Assembly: GCF_002298605.1 (NCBI RefSeq)
Contig: NZ_DBKS01000055.1
From: Bifidobacterium sp. UBA744
GTDB taxonomy: Bacteria > Actinomycetota > Actinomycetes > Actinomycetales > Bifidobacteriaceae
DNA length: 64,000 bases
Reading direction: 5' to 3' (one strand)
Position 1 is the first letter of the stretch. Each line of letters opens with the position of its first letter. The notes beneath the pieces were generated by a model. That model was not told the origin of the DNA, did no database searches, and was given only the letters and a program-made list of their open reading frames with translations. Below, piece after piece: positions 52,096-62,852 of this stretch. Made by a program: the position numbers and the translations under genes.

Positions 52096-54123
52096 ATGAA
52101 TTCGCTCAAGGAACGGACGGCCAGCCTCACCAGGAAGGCCCTCAGGCTCGGAGGCGATTTCGCGCACCCCATCAGCGACGACAACTCCAACCTTCCCGAC
52201 TATGTATCCGACGAACAGATCGAGGCCCACAATGAGGAGATCACGCTGCCTCATACCGACGAATGGGGCCCGGACCACCCGACCAACACCTTCATCGATC
52301 CCGCAACCGGGCTGCTGACCACCGAAACCATCGGCAACGCCCCGCTGGACGAAGGCACGTCCATTTACGACATCTACGCCGACCGCGCGCGGCGTATGGG
52401 CGACGACCCGTTGTACACCTATAAATCAGGCGATTCATGGACCACGAAAACCGCGAACGAATTCCTCGCCGAGGTGAGGGCCGTGGCCAAGGGCCTGATC
52501 CACTATGGCCTTGCCAAAGGCGACGGCGTGGCCTTCATGTGCAAGACCTCATACGAATGGGATGTGGCCGACGCCGCGGTCATGGCCTGTGGCGGCGTGC
52601 TCGCGACCATCTACGACACCGATTCGGCCGAGCAGATCCGCAACATCGTCAACAATTCCGACGCGCGGCTGCTGATCGTTCAGACCACCGGCATGCGGGA
52701 CAAGGCCGACGGCGCCGTTGAGGAATGCGTCTCGCTCGAGCACATCATCTGTTTGGAAACCGGCGGCCTGGACGAGCTGAAGGCCTACGGGGAATCCGTC
52801 AGCGACACCGAACTGGACGCCCGCATCGATTCGGTGAAGAAGACCGACCTGTGCTCCATCGTCTACACCTCCGGCTCCACCGCCGCGCCCAAGGGCGTGG
52901 AAATGACGCATGAGCATTACTGCCAGACCGCCCTGAACCTGCCCGACTACATGCCCGAACTGCTGCACGACAAGAACAAGTCCATCCTGCTGTTCCTGCC
53001 GCAGGCCCACTCCTTCGCGCGGGCCATCAACTACATTGTCGCCGCATCCAACCTGCGCATCTATATCGCCCAGGGCATTTCCACGCTGATCGCGGACATG
53101 CAGGTGGCACGGCCGTCCGTGATGATCGTGGTTCCCCGCGTACTGGAAAAGGTGTATAACGCCGCCTCGCAAAAGGCCGGTCACGGCGCCAAGGGCATGG
53201 CGTTCGCAGCCGCCGTGGTGGCCGCGCAGAACTACATGGCCGAGGTCAGCGACCGAGGCAGGGCCAGTGTCGTCACCAAGGCCAAGCGCGCGGCCTTCGA
53301 CCCCGCGGTGTACCAGTCGCTGCGCCAGGCGCTGGGCGGTCGCGCCGAATGGATCGTCTGCGGCGGCGCCCCGCTGGATCCGGAGCTCATGTCGTTTTTC
53401 CGCGGCGCCAAAGTGCCTGTATACGAGGGCTATGGCCTTACCGAAACCACCGCTCCCTGCGCGTTCAGCCCGCTTGGGGTTCCATTCCACCAGGGTTCAG
53501 TGGGCGTCGCCTTCCCCGGTTTCCAATTGCGCATTTCCGAAGAGGGCGAGATTCAGGTCAAAGGCCGCGCGGTATTCCACCGATACCACAAGAACGAGGA
53601 GGCCACCGAAGACGCCTTCACCAAAGACGGCTGGTACGCCACGGGCGATCTCGGTAGGATCGACGACGATGGTTTTCTCTACATCACCGGTCGCAAGAAG
53701 GATCTCATCATTACCGCAGGCGGCAAAAACGTCTCCCCCGGGCCCATCGAGGAAGTGATCCAGCGTTGCGAAATCGTATCGCAGGCCTTGGTGCTGGGCG
53801 ACAAGCGACCGTTCATTTCGGCCCTGATCACCCTTGACGAGCAGACATTGCGCCCATGGCTGGATTCCAAGGGGCTGGACCGGGACATGCCCATGGAGCA
53901 GGCCGCGCAAAACGCCGCGGTGAGGGCCGAAGTGCAGAAATACGTCGATCTGGCCAACGAAGGGGTCTCCCGGGCTGAATCCGTCCGAAAGTTCATTATT
54001 CTGCCGGAGGAATTCACCCAGGAGAACGGTTTGATGACCGCGTCGATGAAGGTGATCCGCCCGAAGGTCATCGCCCGCTACACGCAGCTGCTCAACACCC
54101 GGATGTACACCAAGAGGAAATGA
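52096..54123 (+). CDS. Long-chain fatty acid-CoA ligase (AMP-dependent synthetase)
   Basis: VYTSGSTAAPKGV, YEGYGLTET, TGDLG and GRKKDLIITAGGKNVSP. Start at 52087 (GTG) or 52096. Confidence 0.9.
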   Translation: MNSLKERTASLTRKALRLGGDFAHPISDDNSNLPDYVSDEQIEAHNEEITLPHTDEWGPDHPTNTFIDPATGLLTTETIGNAPLDEGTSIYDIYADRARRMGDDPLYTYKSGDSWTTKTANEFLAEVRAVAKGLIHYGLAKGDGVAFMCKTSYEWDVADAAVMACGGVLATIYDTDSAEQIRNIVNNSDARLLIVQTTGMRDKADGAVEECVSLEHIICLETGGLDELKAYGESVSDTELDARIDSVKKTDLCSIVYTSGSTAAPKGVEMTHEHYCQTALNLPDYMPELLHDKNKSILLFLPQAHSFARAINYIVAASNLRIYIAQGISTLIADMQVARPSVMIVVPRVLEKVYNAASQKAGHGAKGMAFAAAVVAAQNYMAEVSDRGRASVVTKAKRAAFDPAVYQSLRQALGGRAEWIVCGGAPLDPELMSFFRGAKVPVYEGYGLTETTAPCAFSPLGVPFHQGSVGVAFPGFQLRISEEGEIQVKGRAVFHRYHKNEEATEDAFTKDGWYATGDLGRIDDDGFLYITGRKKDLIITAGGKNVSPGPIEEVIQRCEIVSQALVLGDKRPFISALITLDEQTLRPWLDSKGLDRDMPMEQAAQNAAVRAEVQKYVDLANEGVSRAESVRKFIILPEEFTQENGLMTASMKVIRPKVIARYTQLLNTRMYTKRK

Positions 54124-54174
54124 CGCGAGATCGCGACGGATCCCGAAGCAGCTTGGGACGGCGAACGGTTTCGG

Positions 54175-55143
54175 TCAGAAACCGAGCCTCTCAAGTTGTT
54201 TCGGATCCGACTGCCATCCCTTGGCCACCTTCACGTGGAGATCAAGCCTGGCCTTCTGTCCGACGATGCGGTTGACGGGGGTTCTCAGCTTCTTCTTGAC
54301 GTACACAAGATTCTGCGCACCCTTGCCGATAATGATCGGCTTCTGCGAATCACGCTCCACATAAATGGACACGTTCACCTGCGCCTTGCCGTCGTATGCC
54401 TCTCCGGTCTCGTTGTCGGAGGGGTAGTCGATGGAATCGACGACCACCGCCAGCGAGTGGGGCAGCTCGTCGTCAAGACGCTCGAGGAGCGCACCGCGGA
54501 CCAATTCGGCAATGGTGTCCTCGGGCCGCTCCTCGCTGATCTGGTCCTCCGGGTACATCTGCGGGCCTTCCGGGGTGTGCTCGATCAGGACGTTCCGCAC
54601 TTCCGCGAGATTGTCGTCCTTCAGCGCGCTCACCGGCACGATATCCGCGAAATCGGCGAACTCGTTGAGTTCGATGAGTTTCGACACGAGCTCCTCGCGG
54701 GACAGCATGTCGATTTTGGTGAGGATGGCGATCAGCGGGATCTTCCACTTCCAGGTTCCGTCATCGCGCCTGGTGGCGAAATCGGAGCGCAGACGAGACA
54801 GAATGCGCCTGTCCCCCGGACCGATTTTCTGATCGCCGGGCAGCAGGAAGGCGACCATATCGACGTCGGACAGCGATTCCTCGACGACATCGTTGAGTCG
54901 CTGGCCAAGCAGGGTCCGGGGACGATGGATGCCGGGGGTGTCGACCAGCACCAGCTGGGCGTGGTCAGTGGTGAGAATACCGCGAATCGCCTTGCGAGTC
55001 GTTTCCGGCCGTGACGAGGCGATGGCTATATGCGAACCAATCAGCGCATTGATCAACGTGGATTTGCCTACATTGGGGCGTCCCACCACCGCCACGAATC
55101 CGGATCGGTATGGCTGTTCGGTTAGGTTTTCGCTATCGTTCAT
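54175..55143 (-). CDS. era: GTPase Era
   Basis: SGFVAVVGRPNVGKST, DTPGIH, TKID and KH domain VERDSQKPIIIGKG. Confidence 0.96.
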   Translation of the reverse strand: MNDSENLTEQPYRSGFVAVVGRPNVGKSTLINALIGSHIAIASSRPETTRKAIRGILTTDHAQLVLVDTPGIHRPRTLLGQRLNDVVEESLSDVDMVAFLLPGDQKIGPGDRRILSRLRSDFATRRDDGTWKWKIPLIAILTKIDMLSREELVSKLIELNEFADFADIVPVSALKDDNLAEVRNVLIEHTPEGPQMYPEDQISEERPEDTIAELVRGALLERLDDELPHSLAVVVDSIDYPSDNETGEAYDGKAQVNVSIYVERDSQKPIIIGKGAQNLVYVKKKLRTPVNRIVGQKARLDLHVKVAKGWQSDPKQLERLGF

Positions 55144-56545
55144 CACTGTCCTTGTCGTTATGCTGATCGGCGGTATCGCCATCATCCTCACTGGATATGG
55201 GGGAAGTATCATTCAATCCCGCGGGCTCGACGAGAATCGTCGAAACCTTCTTGCGGCGGCCGGCGGAGTCGATGGCGGTGAGTTTCAACCCACGCGTGAC
55301 GGCTGAGGCGCCCACGATCGGGACGCGCCCCAAAGCCTTGGTCAACAGACCATAGACGGTGTCCACATCATCCTCGTCCATATCGATTTCGAACAATTCC
55401 TCAAGATCCGCGATCGGGGTTCTGGCGGGCAGCTTCCATACCCGATCGCCAACCTGCTCCGGTTCGCTGTGCTGCGTGTGGTCGTGCTCGTCCTCCAACT
55501 CGCCGACGATCTGCTCGATCGTGTCCTCGATGGTGACCAAACCAGCGATACCGCCATATTCGTCCACGACAACCGCCACATGCTGACGCTGCTTCTGCAT
55601 CTGATGGAACAGGTCGTCCACGGGTTTGGATTCGGGCACCAGCAACGGGTCGCGCACGATGGATTCCACAGGTCGCGACATCGCCGAGGGATTGAACGAG
55701 GTGGCGCGCACAGCGTCCTTGAGATAGGCGACGCCAATAAGATCGTCCACGTCCTCGCCGATAACCGGTATGCGCGAAAATCCCGAGCGCGAGCATAATT
55801 TCAGCATGGACGACAGCGTCCGCTGTTTCTCGATGCAGATCATATCAGTGCGCGGCACCATGATCTCCCGCGTCAGGGTCTCCGATAGCGTGAGCACGTT
55901 GCGCAGCATCTCCGACACCTCCGGATCGATGTCGCTTGATTCCACCAAGCGGTCGATCATGGCCCGCCCCTGCTCAAGCTGCATCTTCTCGAGCTCTTCC
56001 TCGTCGGACAGCTCCGCTTCGCGAGCGATGCGCTTGCTCATCGAATCCGAGCCTATGCGGGCGAACGGGGTCAGTGCCACGGCAACGCCCACGACGCGCT
56101 GATGCTTCAGCATCACATCGGTCGGCTTCAACGAACCGGCCATCCGCGGACGCATCAGCACCGAAACCACGCCGACCAGCAGTGCGAAGACGAAACCCGC
56201 AAGGCTCTCCGCCCAGATCGGGGCCCCCAGCAGCTGCGCCACGGCGGCCACCAGGGCGCCATCCAGAATATTGCACACAATGCGGAAGAAGGCACATGAT
56301 CCGGAAGTGGCGGAACGGTCGATAATGTAGCGCTGCACCTTGTGAATCGCATCGACGCGCTTCATGCGATTGAACGGCGACAGTTCATTGTCGGTCTGAA
56401 TCTCAAGAATCAGATTATTGAGGCTGGCCCGCGTGACCCTGGCCACGGCCCCCTCCGCGGAGGCCATGGAAAGCGACAGCCAAACCAGCAGCAGGGCAAC
56501 GACAATCAGTACGACAATAATGGCCAATATGGAGGGGTCTATCAT
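55133..56545 (-). CDS. Hemolysin family / CNNM-CBS-CorC domain protein
   Basis: N-terminal TM segments, REIMVPRTDM, FSRIPV and VVDEYGGIAGLVTIED..EQIVGELEDEHD. Confidence 0.9.
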   Translation of the reverse strand: MIDPSILAIIVVLIVVALLLVWLSLSMASAEGAVARVTRASLNNLILEIQTDNELSPFNRMKRVDAIHKVQRYIIDRSATSGSCAFFRIVCNILDGALVAAVAQLLGAPIWAESLAGFVFALLVGVVSVLMRPRMAGSLKPTDVMLKHQRVVGVAVALTPFARIGSDSMSKRIAREAELSDEEELEKMQLEQGRAMIDRLVESSDIDPEVSEMLRNVLTLSETLTREIMVPRTDMICIEKQRTLSSMLKLCSRSGFSRIPVIGEDVDDLIGVAYLKDAVRATSFNPSAMSRPVESIVRDPLLVPESKPVDDLFHQMQKQRQHVAVVVDEYGGIAGLVTIEDTIEQIVGELEDEHDHTQHSEPEQVGDRVWKLPARTPIADLEELFEIDMDEDDVDTVYGLLTKALGRVPIVGASAVTRGLKLTAIDSAGRRKKVSTILVEPAGLNDTSPISSEDDGDTADQHNDKDSDER

Positions 56546-56591
56546 CGAGTATTCGTCAACTCCCAACAATCCAAGATCCATGCGTTGATTG

Positions 56592-56620
56592 ATTATAAGC
56601 TTCGCGGGCCGTCGCGGCAA
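56592..56620 (-). promoter_or_regulatory. Putative internal promoter for the CBS gene and era
   Basis: TTGCCG-17 nt-TATAAT. Confidence 0.6.
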
Positions 56621-56628
56621 AGCCGCTT

Positions 56629-57165
56629 TCAATGCCGCCGAGACTTGTTCGAAGCGTCATATTGAGCCAGCAGATCCGGCGACCCCTCCGGCAGAACCGC
56701 CATGGGCATGGCGCCCGGACGCAATGCGAGGAACGTGAGCAGCAGCTGGCGCTGGAGACCGAACATCTGACGCTCCTGTTCGGCATTGACATGGTCGTAT
56801 CCCAGCAGGTGCAGGATGCCGTGAATGGTGAGCAGCAGCATCTCCTCCATGGTGGAATGCCCGGCGGCGGCGGCCTGCTGAGCCGCCACGTACGGGCAGA
56901 TCACGATATCGCCGAGCACACCCTCGACCGGGGTCTTGCCGTCGCCCGGGCGCAGTTCGTCCATCGGAAAGCTCATGACGTCGGTGGGGCCCTCCAGACT
57001 CATCCAGCGCATATGCAGCTGAGCAATCGGCTCGGGGTCGGAGAAAATGACGGAGAGATCGGATTGCGTGCTCACCCGCATCTGGTCCATGACCCATACA
57101 CCCAAATCGGAGAAGATTTTGGGATCAATGTTCCACGAGGTTTCATTGGTCACTTCAACGCTCAT
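56629..57165 (-). CDS. ybeY: rRNA maturation endoribonuclease YbeY
   Basis: [15 protein letters not shown] and [11 protein letters not shown] motifs. Confidence 0.95.
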   Translation of the reverse strand: MSVEVTNETSWNIDPKIFSDLGVWVMDQMRVSTQSDLSVIFSDPEPIAQLHMRWMSLEGPTDVMSFPMDELRPGDGKTPVEGVLGDIVICPYVAAQQAAAAGHSTMEEMLLLTIHGILHLLGYDHVNAEQERQMFGLQRQLLLTFLALRPGAMPMAVLPEGSPDLLAQYDASNKSRRH

Positions 57166-58339
57166 CCGAATCCCGTCCTTGCTGGTCGCCACTCGTATCG
57201 GTACGCGGTGCACGAGTCGTCATGCGCCCGGCGCGATGACGGGACAGACGACTATGGTCTCCCTCAATCGCCGCGTGTCTATCGTACGCCTCCACGATCC
57301 TGCCGACGAGCCGATGCCGCACCACGTCGTCTGCGTCCAAATGGGCGAAGGCGATGTCGTCGATATCGCCCAGAATGCCCTCGATGGTGGCGAGCCCGGA
57401 ACGCGGCACCGTCAAATCAACTTGCGACACGTCACCGGTGATCACCATCTTGGTGTTGAATCCCAGTCGCGTGAGGAACATTTTCATCTGCTGCTCGGTG
57501 GTGTTCTGGGCCTCGTCGAGGATCACAAAGGCGTCGTTCAGCGTGCGGCCACGCATGTAGGCCAGCGGGGCCACCTCGATGGTTCCGTCGTCCATGTAGT
57601 ACCGCAGCTGATCCGCTCCCAGCATATCGGACAGGGCGTCATACAGCGGACGCAGATACGGGTCGACCTTGTCGCTCAACGTGCCCGGGAGGAATCCCAG
57701 GTTCTCGCCCGCCTCCACGGCCGGACGGGTCAGGATGATGCGCCGGATCCGGCGATCCTGGAAGGCCTGCACGGCCTTGGCCACGGCCAGATAGGTTTTT
57801 CCGGTTCCCGCAGGTCCGATGGCAAAGGTGATGGTGTGCGTTTCGATCGCATTGAGATAGGCGATCTGGCCCGCCGTCTTCGCACGGACCGGCACGCCAA
57901 GCGCATACGTAACGACTCCGGGGATCTGCACGCGACGGCGCCCCTGATCGCGGCGGCCCGCGTCCGCGTCCCGGACATGCTGGGCGCGGCGTCCGGGGTC
58001 TCCCATACGCTCCGTACCGCGCTCATGCGCCCTGCCGGTCGCCTTATGGTGCTGGCTGTTGGGCAGCACCTGCTTGTCCAGGAATCTGCGGACGGTATCC
58101 GCGTCCATGGGCGCGCTGTATGCAGCCTGGATGATCGTATTGATCACGTCCTCCGCCCGGCTGGCCTGCATCTCCGAAGATTTGGAACGGTTGAGAATGG
58201 CCACCCGATTGCCCCGCACGATGATCGTCAGATCCGGAAAGGCCCGTTCCACCTCACGGATCACCTGATCCGCGGGCCCGAGGACGGTTACCGGATTCAG
58301 CTCCGGCGGAAGCGTGATGGTGCGTGTCGTCGTCGCCAA
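57155..58339 (-). CDS. phoH: PhoH family ATPase
   Basis: [37 protein letters not shown] and DVVRH motifs. Confidence 0.93.
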   Translation of the reverse strand: MATTTRTITLPPELNPVTVLGPADQVIREVERAFPDLTIIVRGNRVAILNRSKSSEMQASRAEDVINTIIQAAYSAPMDADTVRRFLDKQVLPNSQHHKATGRAHERGTERMGDPGRRAQHVRDADAGRRDQGRRRVQIPGVVTYALGVPVRAKTAGQIAYLNAIETHTITFAIGPAGTGKTYLAVAKAVQAFQDRRIRRIILTRPAVEAGENLGFLPGTLSDKVDPYLRPLYDALSDMLGADQLRYYMDDGTIEVAPLAYMRGRTLNDAFVILDEAQNTTEQQMKMFLTRLGFNTKMVITGDVSQVDLTVPRSGLATIEGILGDIDDIAFAHLDADDVVRHRLVGRIVEAYDRHAAIEGDHSRLSRHRAGRMTTRAPRTDTSGDQQGRDSDER

Positions 58340-58354
58340 CGATTCCTCCGATGA

Positions 58355-58693
58355 CTACTCGTCGAGTTTTTCGCCGGTCATCACATGCGCATGCACATGG
58401 AACACCGTCTGGCCCGCGTCAAGCCCTGTGTTGAACACCAGTCGGAACGCGCCGTTATAGGTCTTGTCCGCAATGGACTGCGCAACCTCGACCATATGGG
58501 CCAGCTGCCCGGCATCCTCCCTGGCCAGCTCGGCCACATTCGCATAATGCCGCTTCGGCACCACCAGCACATGAACCTTGGCCTTGGGATTGATGTCCTT
58601 GAAGGCATAGGTGGTGTCGTCCTCATACACCTTGCTGCTCGGGATGCCCCCCGCGATGATCTTGCAGAACAGGCAGTCTTCGGTATCGCTCAT
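58355..58693 (-). CDS. HIT family nucleotide-binding protein
   Basis: CLFCKII, DINP and GQTVFHVHAHV triad. Confidence 0.92.
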   Translation of the reverse strand: MSDTEDCLFCKIIAGGIPSSKVYEDDTTYAFKDINPKAKVHVLVVPKRHYANVAELAREDAGQLAHMVEVAQSIADKTYNGAFRLVFNTGLDAGQTVFHVHAHVMTGEKLDE

Positions 58694-58790
58694 AGCGCTC
58701 CTTCGAATCGAGATCGTTTCCGTTCTCCTATGCTAGGACTTCCGCCGGCCATGATCGTTCTTTGACAAGGTTACGTTTCGAAGAATTCCT

Positions 58791-59585
58791 CTAAAACCTG
58801 CCCAGGACCCGCGACAGCAGCGACAATGCCACGGGACCGGCGGTCGCGGCACGCAAAATGTTGCGTCCCAGCACACAGACATGCGCTCCGGTCGATTTGA
58901 AGGCAGCCGCCTCGTTGTCGCTGATGCCGCCTTCCGGCCCCACGACCACGTACACGGTGCGGGACCTGCCGTCCGTCAGGCTGGCGTCGGCGAGTTCGCA
59001 CACCGCTTGTTCGACGCCGTTCCAATCGTTGTCGGCGTCCTGATGCAGCACCACGACCAGGCCGCCATGCACGCAGGCGCGCCGGCATATCGCCAGCACC
59101 CCCTTGGAGCTCACATGGTCGGCGAGCTCCGGCCGCCACGCCCTGCGGGACTGCTCGGTGGCGGCGTCGAGCACCGCTCCCCATTTGCGATTCGTCTTGC
59201 CGTCTTTCCATTTGACAATGGAGCGATCGGCCTGCCAGGGGATCACCTCGTCCACGCCTATCTGCGTGGCCGCGTCAATGGCCTCCTCGTCACGCCCCTG
59301 CTTGGCAAGTGCCTGGATGAGCGCCAGTCTGGTAACCGGCCGGGGTTCGCGCCCCACGGCCTGCACGTGAACCACACCCTGCTCCACGTCATCCACCACA
59401 GCCCGGATACGCAGACCATGGCCATCGGAAAGCTGCAGCGTCTCCCCCACACCAATGCGCATTGATTGCAGGGCATGCCGCCGCACCGCGACGGGAAGCT
59501 GGATGGTCCAGCCAGTATGCAGCTCATCGGCGTTGACTGGCACGCCTTCGGCTGCGGGATCAAAAAGAAACAATGCGTCGGTCAC
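58791..59585 (-). CDS. rsmE: 16S rRNA (uracil-1498-N3)-methyltransferase
   Basis: QALAK, ATQIGVD, EQSRR, VGPEGGIS and LGRNILRAATAG motifs. Confidence 0.93.
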   Translation of the reverse strand: MTDALFLFDPAAEGVPVNADELHTGWTIQLPVAVRRHALQSMRIGVGETLQLSDGHGLRIRAVVDDVEQGVVHVQAVGREPRPVTRLALIQALAKQGRDEEAIDAATQIGVDEVIPWQADRSIVKWKDGKTNRKWGAVLDAATEQSRRAWRPELADHVSSKGVLAICRRACVHGGLVVVLHQDADNDWNGVEQAVCELADASLTDGRSRTVYVVVGPEGGISDNEAAAFKSTGAHVCVLGRNILRAATAGPVALSLLSRVLGRF

Positions 59586-59636
59586 ATCCAGCCATGCTAC
59601 CCGAAACCCTTGCTATTACATGCGACACTCCGCAAA

Positions 59637-59664
59637 TTGCATGATTGTGATTCAATGCTAGACT
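59637..59664 (+). promoter_or_regulatory. Putative tRNA promoter
   Basis: TTGCAT-16 nt-TAGACT with a TG extension. Confidence 0.5.
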
Positions 59665-59690
59665 ATTCAATCGTTGTCTCAACGACACCT

Positions 59691-59782
59691 GCCCGGGTGG
59701 CGGAATGGTAGACGCGCTAGCTTGAGGTGCTAGTGCCTATTTTTTAACGGGCGTACGGGTTCAAGTCCCGTCTCGGGCACCA
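59691..59782 (+). tRNA. tRNA-Leu(GAG)
   Basis: GCCCGGG/CTCGGGC acceptor stem, D loop GGAATGGTAGAC, anticodon arm CTAGC-TTGAGGT-GCTAG, long variable arm, GGTTCAAGTCC and encoded CCA. Confidence 0.96.
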
Positions 59783-59787
59783 GACAG

Positions 59788-59811
59788 ACCCCTCGGAAAC
59801 GAGGGGTTTTT
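59788..59811 (+). terminator. Rho-independent terminator after the tRNA
   Basis: ACCCCTCG-GAAA-CGAGGGGT followed by a T tract. Confidence 0.85.
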
Positions 59812-59874
59812 CCATATCACCGGCCATGTCGGCAATTCGGCGCGCATGGCTGCCGGGCAGCGAGAGGACACGCC

Positions 59875-60771
59875 GTGCAATTCATCGCCATTGATTCCTT
59901 CGAAGACAGCCGCGTCGACGCCTATGTCAATCTCACCGAGGTGCAGCTGCGCAATCGTCTGGAACCCGCCAAGGGCATCTTCATCGCCGAATCCCCCAAA
60001 GTGATTGATCGGGCGCTGGCCGCCGGGCGCGAGCCACTGTCCCTGCTGGTCGAGGAGCAATGGATCACGGGCATGGCCGATGAATTCGAATTCATCGACG
60101 CCCATTGGGGGACTGACGTTCCCGTGTATGTGGCGAACGCCGAGTTGCTCAGGCAGCTGACCGGGTACCGGCTGCACCGCGGCGCCCTGTCCGCCATGCG
60201 CCGGTGGCCGTTGCCGTCAGTCGCCGAGGTCTGCCGGGAAGCCAGCCGGATTGCGGTGATGGAGAACATCGTGGATCCCACGAATGTGGGCGCCCTGATG
60301 CGATCCGCGGCCGCCTTGGACGTTGACGCCGTACTGGTCACCCCGTCGTGCGGAGACCCCCTGTATCGTCGCGCCGCGCGCGTTTCGATGGGCACGGTGT
60401 TCCAGATCCCGTGGACCCGCATCGGCGGCGACGACACCCACTATTGGCCGCGGAGGGGACTGGAGGAGCTCTCGTCACTCGGATTCACCACGGTGGCCAT
60501 GGCGCTGACCGACGACTCGATTTCCATGGACGATTTGGCACGCCGCCTCAATAGCGGAAACAGCGACCCGAATCACGTGGACAGGTTGGCGTTGATTTTC
60601 GGCACCGAGGGCGACGGCCTGTCCCGCCGCACCATCGCCCAGGCGGACCTCACGGTCAAGATCCCCATGGGCCATGACGTCGACAGCCTCAACGTGGCCG
60701 CCTCCAGCGCGGTTGCTTTCTGGGCGACGCGTCGAACCGGTACGACACACAACGATGCCCTGAGTCTGTAA
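59875..60771 (+). CDS. TrmH/SpoU family RNA methyltransferase
   Basis: ENIVDPTNVGALMRSA, RAARVSMG, FGTEGDGLS and IPMGHDVDSLNVAAS motifs. Confidence 0.92.
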   Translation: MQFIAIDSFEDSRVDAYVNLTEVQLRNRLEPAKGIFIAESPKVIDRALAAGREPLSLLVEEQWITGMADEFEFIDAHWGTDVPVYVANAELLRQLTGYRLHRGALSAMRRWPLPSVAEVCREASRIAVMENIVDPTNVGALMRSAAALDVDAVLVTPSCGDPLYRRAARVSMGTVFQIPWTRIGGDDTHYWPRRGLEELSSLGFTTVAMALTDDSISMDDLARRLNSGNSDPNHVDRLALIFGTEGDGLSRRTIAQADLTVKIPMGHDVDSLNVAASSAVAFWATRRTGTTHNDALSL

Positions 60772-60866
60772 TCCATGCAATGATGTGAGGCAGGAACACC
60801 GAAGTGCGCAATGATGCGCGGAGGTGGCGAACAACGACGCATAACTACAGATGAAGGAAGGAAAAG

Positions 60867-62111
60867 ATGGCTAAGAATCCGAAAGTCCTGTCCATCGTAC
60901 TCGCGGGTGGCGAAGGCACTCGTCTGATGCCGTTGACCCGCGACCGAGCCAAGCCCGCCGTGCCGTTTGGCGGCGTGTTCCGCCTTGTGGATTTCCCACT
61001 GAGCAATCTGGTGAACTCCGGGTACCAGCACATCATTGTGCTCACCCAATACAAGTCGCATTCGCTTGACCGCCACATCTCGCAGGTTTGGCGATTCTCC
61101 CCGTTGCTGGGCAACTACGTCTCCCCCGTGCCGGCGCAGCAGCGTCTCGGCAAGCACTGGTATCTCGGATCCGCCGACGCCATCTACCAGACCATCAACA
61201 TCATCGAGGACGTCCGGCCCGATATCGTGGTGATCGTCGGCGCCGACCACGTCTACCGTATGGACTTCGAGCAGATGGTCCAGTCCCACATCGAATCCGG
61301 CGCCGAGTTCACCGTGGCGGGCATTCGCCAGCCGATCGAGGCGTCGAAGTCCTTCGGCGTCATCGAGGTGGATCCGAACCATCCGAACATGATCAGGAAC
61401 TTCCGCGAAAAGCCCGAGCACACCACCGGCCTTCCCGATGCGCCCGATCAGATTCTGGCCTCCATGGGCAACTATGTGGCCAATACCGATGCGCTGTTCG
61501 ACGCGTTGGCGAAGGATGAGAAGGCGCAGGACACCAAGCACGACATGGGAGGCGACATCGCCCCGTATTTCGCCGCGCGCAACGCCGCCGGCGTCTACGA
61601 TTTCACCACCAACGAGATTCCCGGCGCCACCGACAAGGACCATGCGTATTGGCGCGACGTAGGCACCATCAAGCAGTTCTACGATGCGCATATGGACCTG
61701 ATCGCCTATGTGCCGGAATTCAATTTGTACAACTCCGACTGGCCGATCTACACCATGTCGGGCAATCTGCCGCCGGCGAAGTTCGTGCATGCGGGCCGTG
61801 ACCGTCTGGGACACGCCACCGATTCGATCGTCTCCCCCGGCGTCATCGTCTCCGGCGGCGAGGTGCATCATTCGGTGCTCTCCCCGAATGTCCGCATTCA
61901 CTCCTGGAGCCAGGTCGTCGATTCGATCCTCTTCGACAATGTGACGATCAACCGTCGCGCACGCGTCTACAAGGCGATTCTCGACAAGAATGTGGTGTTG
62001 ACGGAAAATTCCACCGTTGGCATCGATACGGAGCATGACATCGAACGCGGCTTCACGGTCACCCCCGAAGGCATCACCGTGGTTCCGAAGGGCACCATCG
62101 TCGACGACTGA
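60867..62111 (+). CDS. glgC: Glucose-1-phosphate adenylyltransferase
   Basis: [43 protein letters not shown] and YWRDVGT motifs. Confidence 0.96.
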   Translation: MAKNPKVLSIVLAGGEGTRLMPLTRDRAKPAVPFGGVFRLVDFPLSNLVNSGYQHIIVLTQYKSHSLDRHISQVWRFSPLLGNYVSPVPAQQRLGKHWYLGSADAIYQTINIIEDVRPDIVVIVGADHVYRMDFEQMVQSHIESGAEFTVAGIRQPIEASKSFGVIEVDPNHPNMIRNFREKPEHTTGLPDAPDQILASMGNYVANTDALFDALAKDEKAQDTKHDMGGDIAPYFAARNAAGVYDFTTNEIPGATDKDHAYWRDVGTIKQFYDAHMDLIAYVPEFNLYNSDWPIYTMSGNLPPAKFVHAGRDRLGHATDSIVSPGVIVSGGEVHHSVLSPNVRIHSWSQVVDSILFDNVTINRRARVYKAILDKNVVLTENSTVGIDTEHDIERGFTVTPEGITVVPKGTIVDD

Positions 62112-62134
62112 AACCCGTCGCATCGCATATGAGC

Positions 62135-62177
62135 ATATGAATTGAGGGACATCGTGATGATGTCCCTCAATTCATAT
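62135..62177. repeat. Perfect 19-bp inverted repeat between convergent glgC and the suf operon
   Basis: ATATGAATTGAGGGACATC-gtgat-GATGTCCCTCAATTCATAT. Confidence 0.8.
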
Positions 62178-62244
62178 CTGCGCCGATTGTATGCATATCC
62201 GCAATGTATCCGCACACGTCAACGGCCGCAGTGGACCACGGCGA

Positions 62245-62826
62245 TCAGTATTGTGGCATATTGTCGAAGTTGAATCCGATGGCGGCCAGCTGCTCGCGGC
62301 CTTCCGGCGTGATCTTCTCCATAGTCCACCGGGGCTGCCAGGTCCAGTCGATGCGGAATTCCTCAACCAGTCCGGCCAGCACGCTCGCGCATTCATCCTC
62401 GATCAGATCGGTAAGCGGACATGCCGGTGTGGTAAGCGTCATGGTGATGATCGCGCGGCCAAGCTCGTCAATCTCGATGCCGTACACCAAGCCGAGATCA
62501 ATCACATCGATGCCAAGTTCAGGATCAATGACCTGATGCAACGCCTCCTTGACATCCTGCGCGGTGGCGCGACCGATATCATCCACGGCCTTGATCGGAA
62601 TGTCGGGATCCGACGGATCGTTCTCCTCCTGGCATCCGCACGACCCCTGATGCTCGCCGTGACCGCAGGCGCCATCGTGCTTCGACTCCTGGGGATGGCC
62701 CTCCGGGAAGCCCTTGGCAAGATTCGGATTGGCCATGACGCGCCGGGAAGCCTCCTCGTCTTTCAACACACCGTTCACGGCGTCGAATACGGAAGCGGTG
62801 GGTTCGGGGACCAGATTGTCGCTCAT
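62245..62826 (-). CDS. Metal-sulfur cluster assembly factor (DUF59 / SufT-like)
   Basis: VIDPELGIDVIDLGLVY, MTLTTPACPL and WQPRW motifs. Confidence 0.9.
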   Translation of the reverse strand: MSDNLVPEPTASVFDAVNGVLKDEEASRRVMANPNLAKGFPEGHPQESKHDGACGHGEHQGSCGCQEENDPSDPDIPIKAVDDIGRATAQDVKEALHQVIDPELGIDVIDLGLVYGIEIDELGRAIITMTLTTPACPLTDLIEDECASVLAGLVEEFRIDWTWQPRWTMEKITPEGREQLAAIGFNFDNMPQY

Positions 62827-62852
62827 TGTTTCTTCCTCCTGGTAATTCCGCA

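Noticed and set aside
59691..59875. tRNA-Leu as an integration site
   Set aside because: It is followed directly by its terminator and a core gene. No integrase and no duplicated 3' end were seen.
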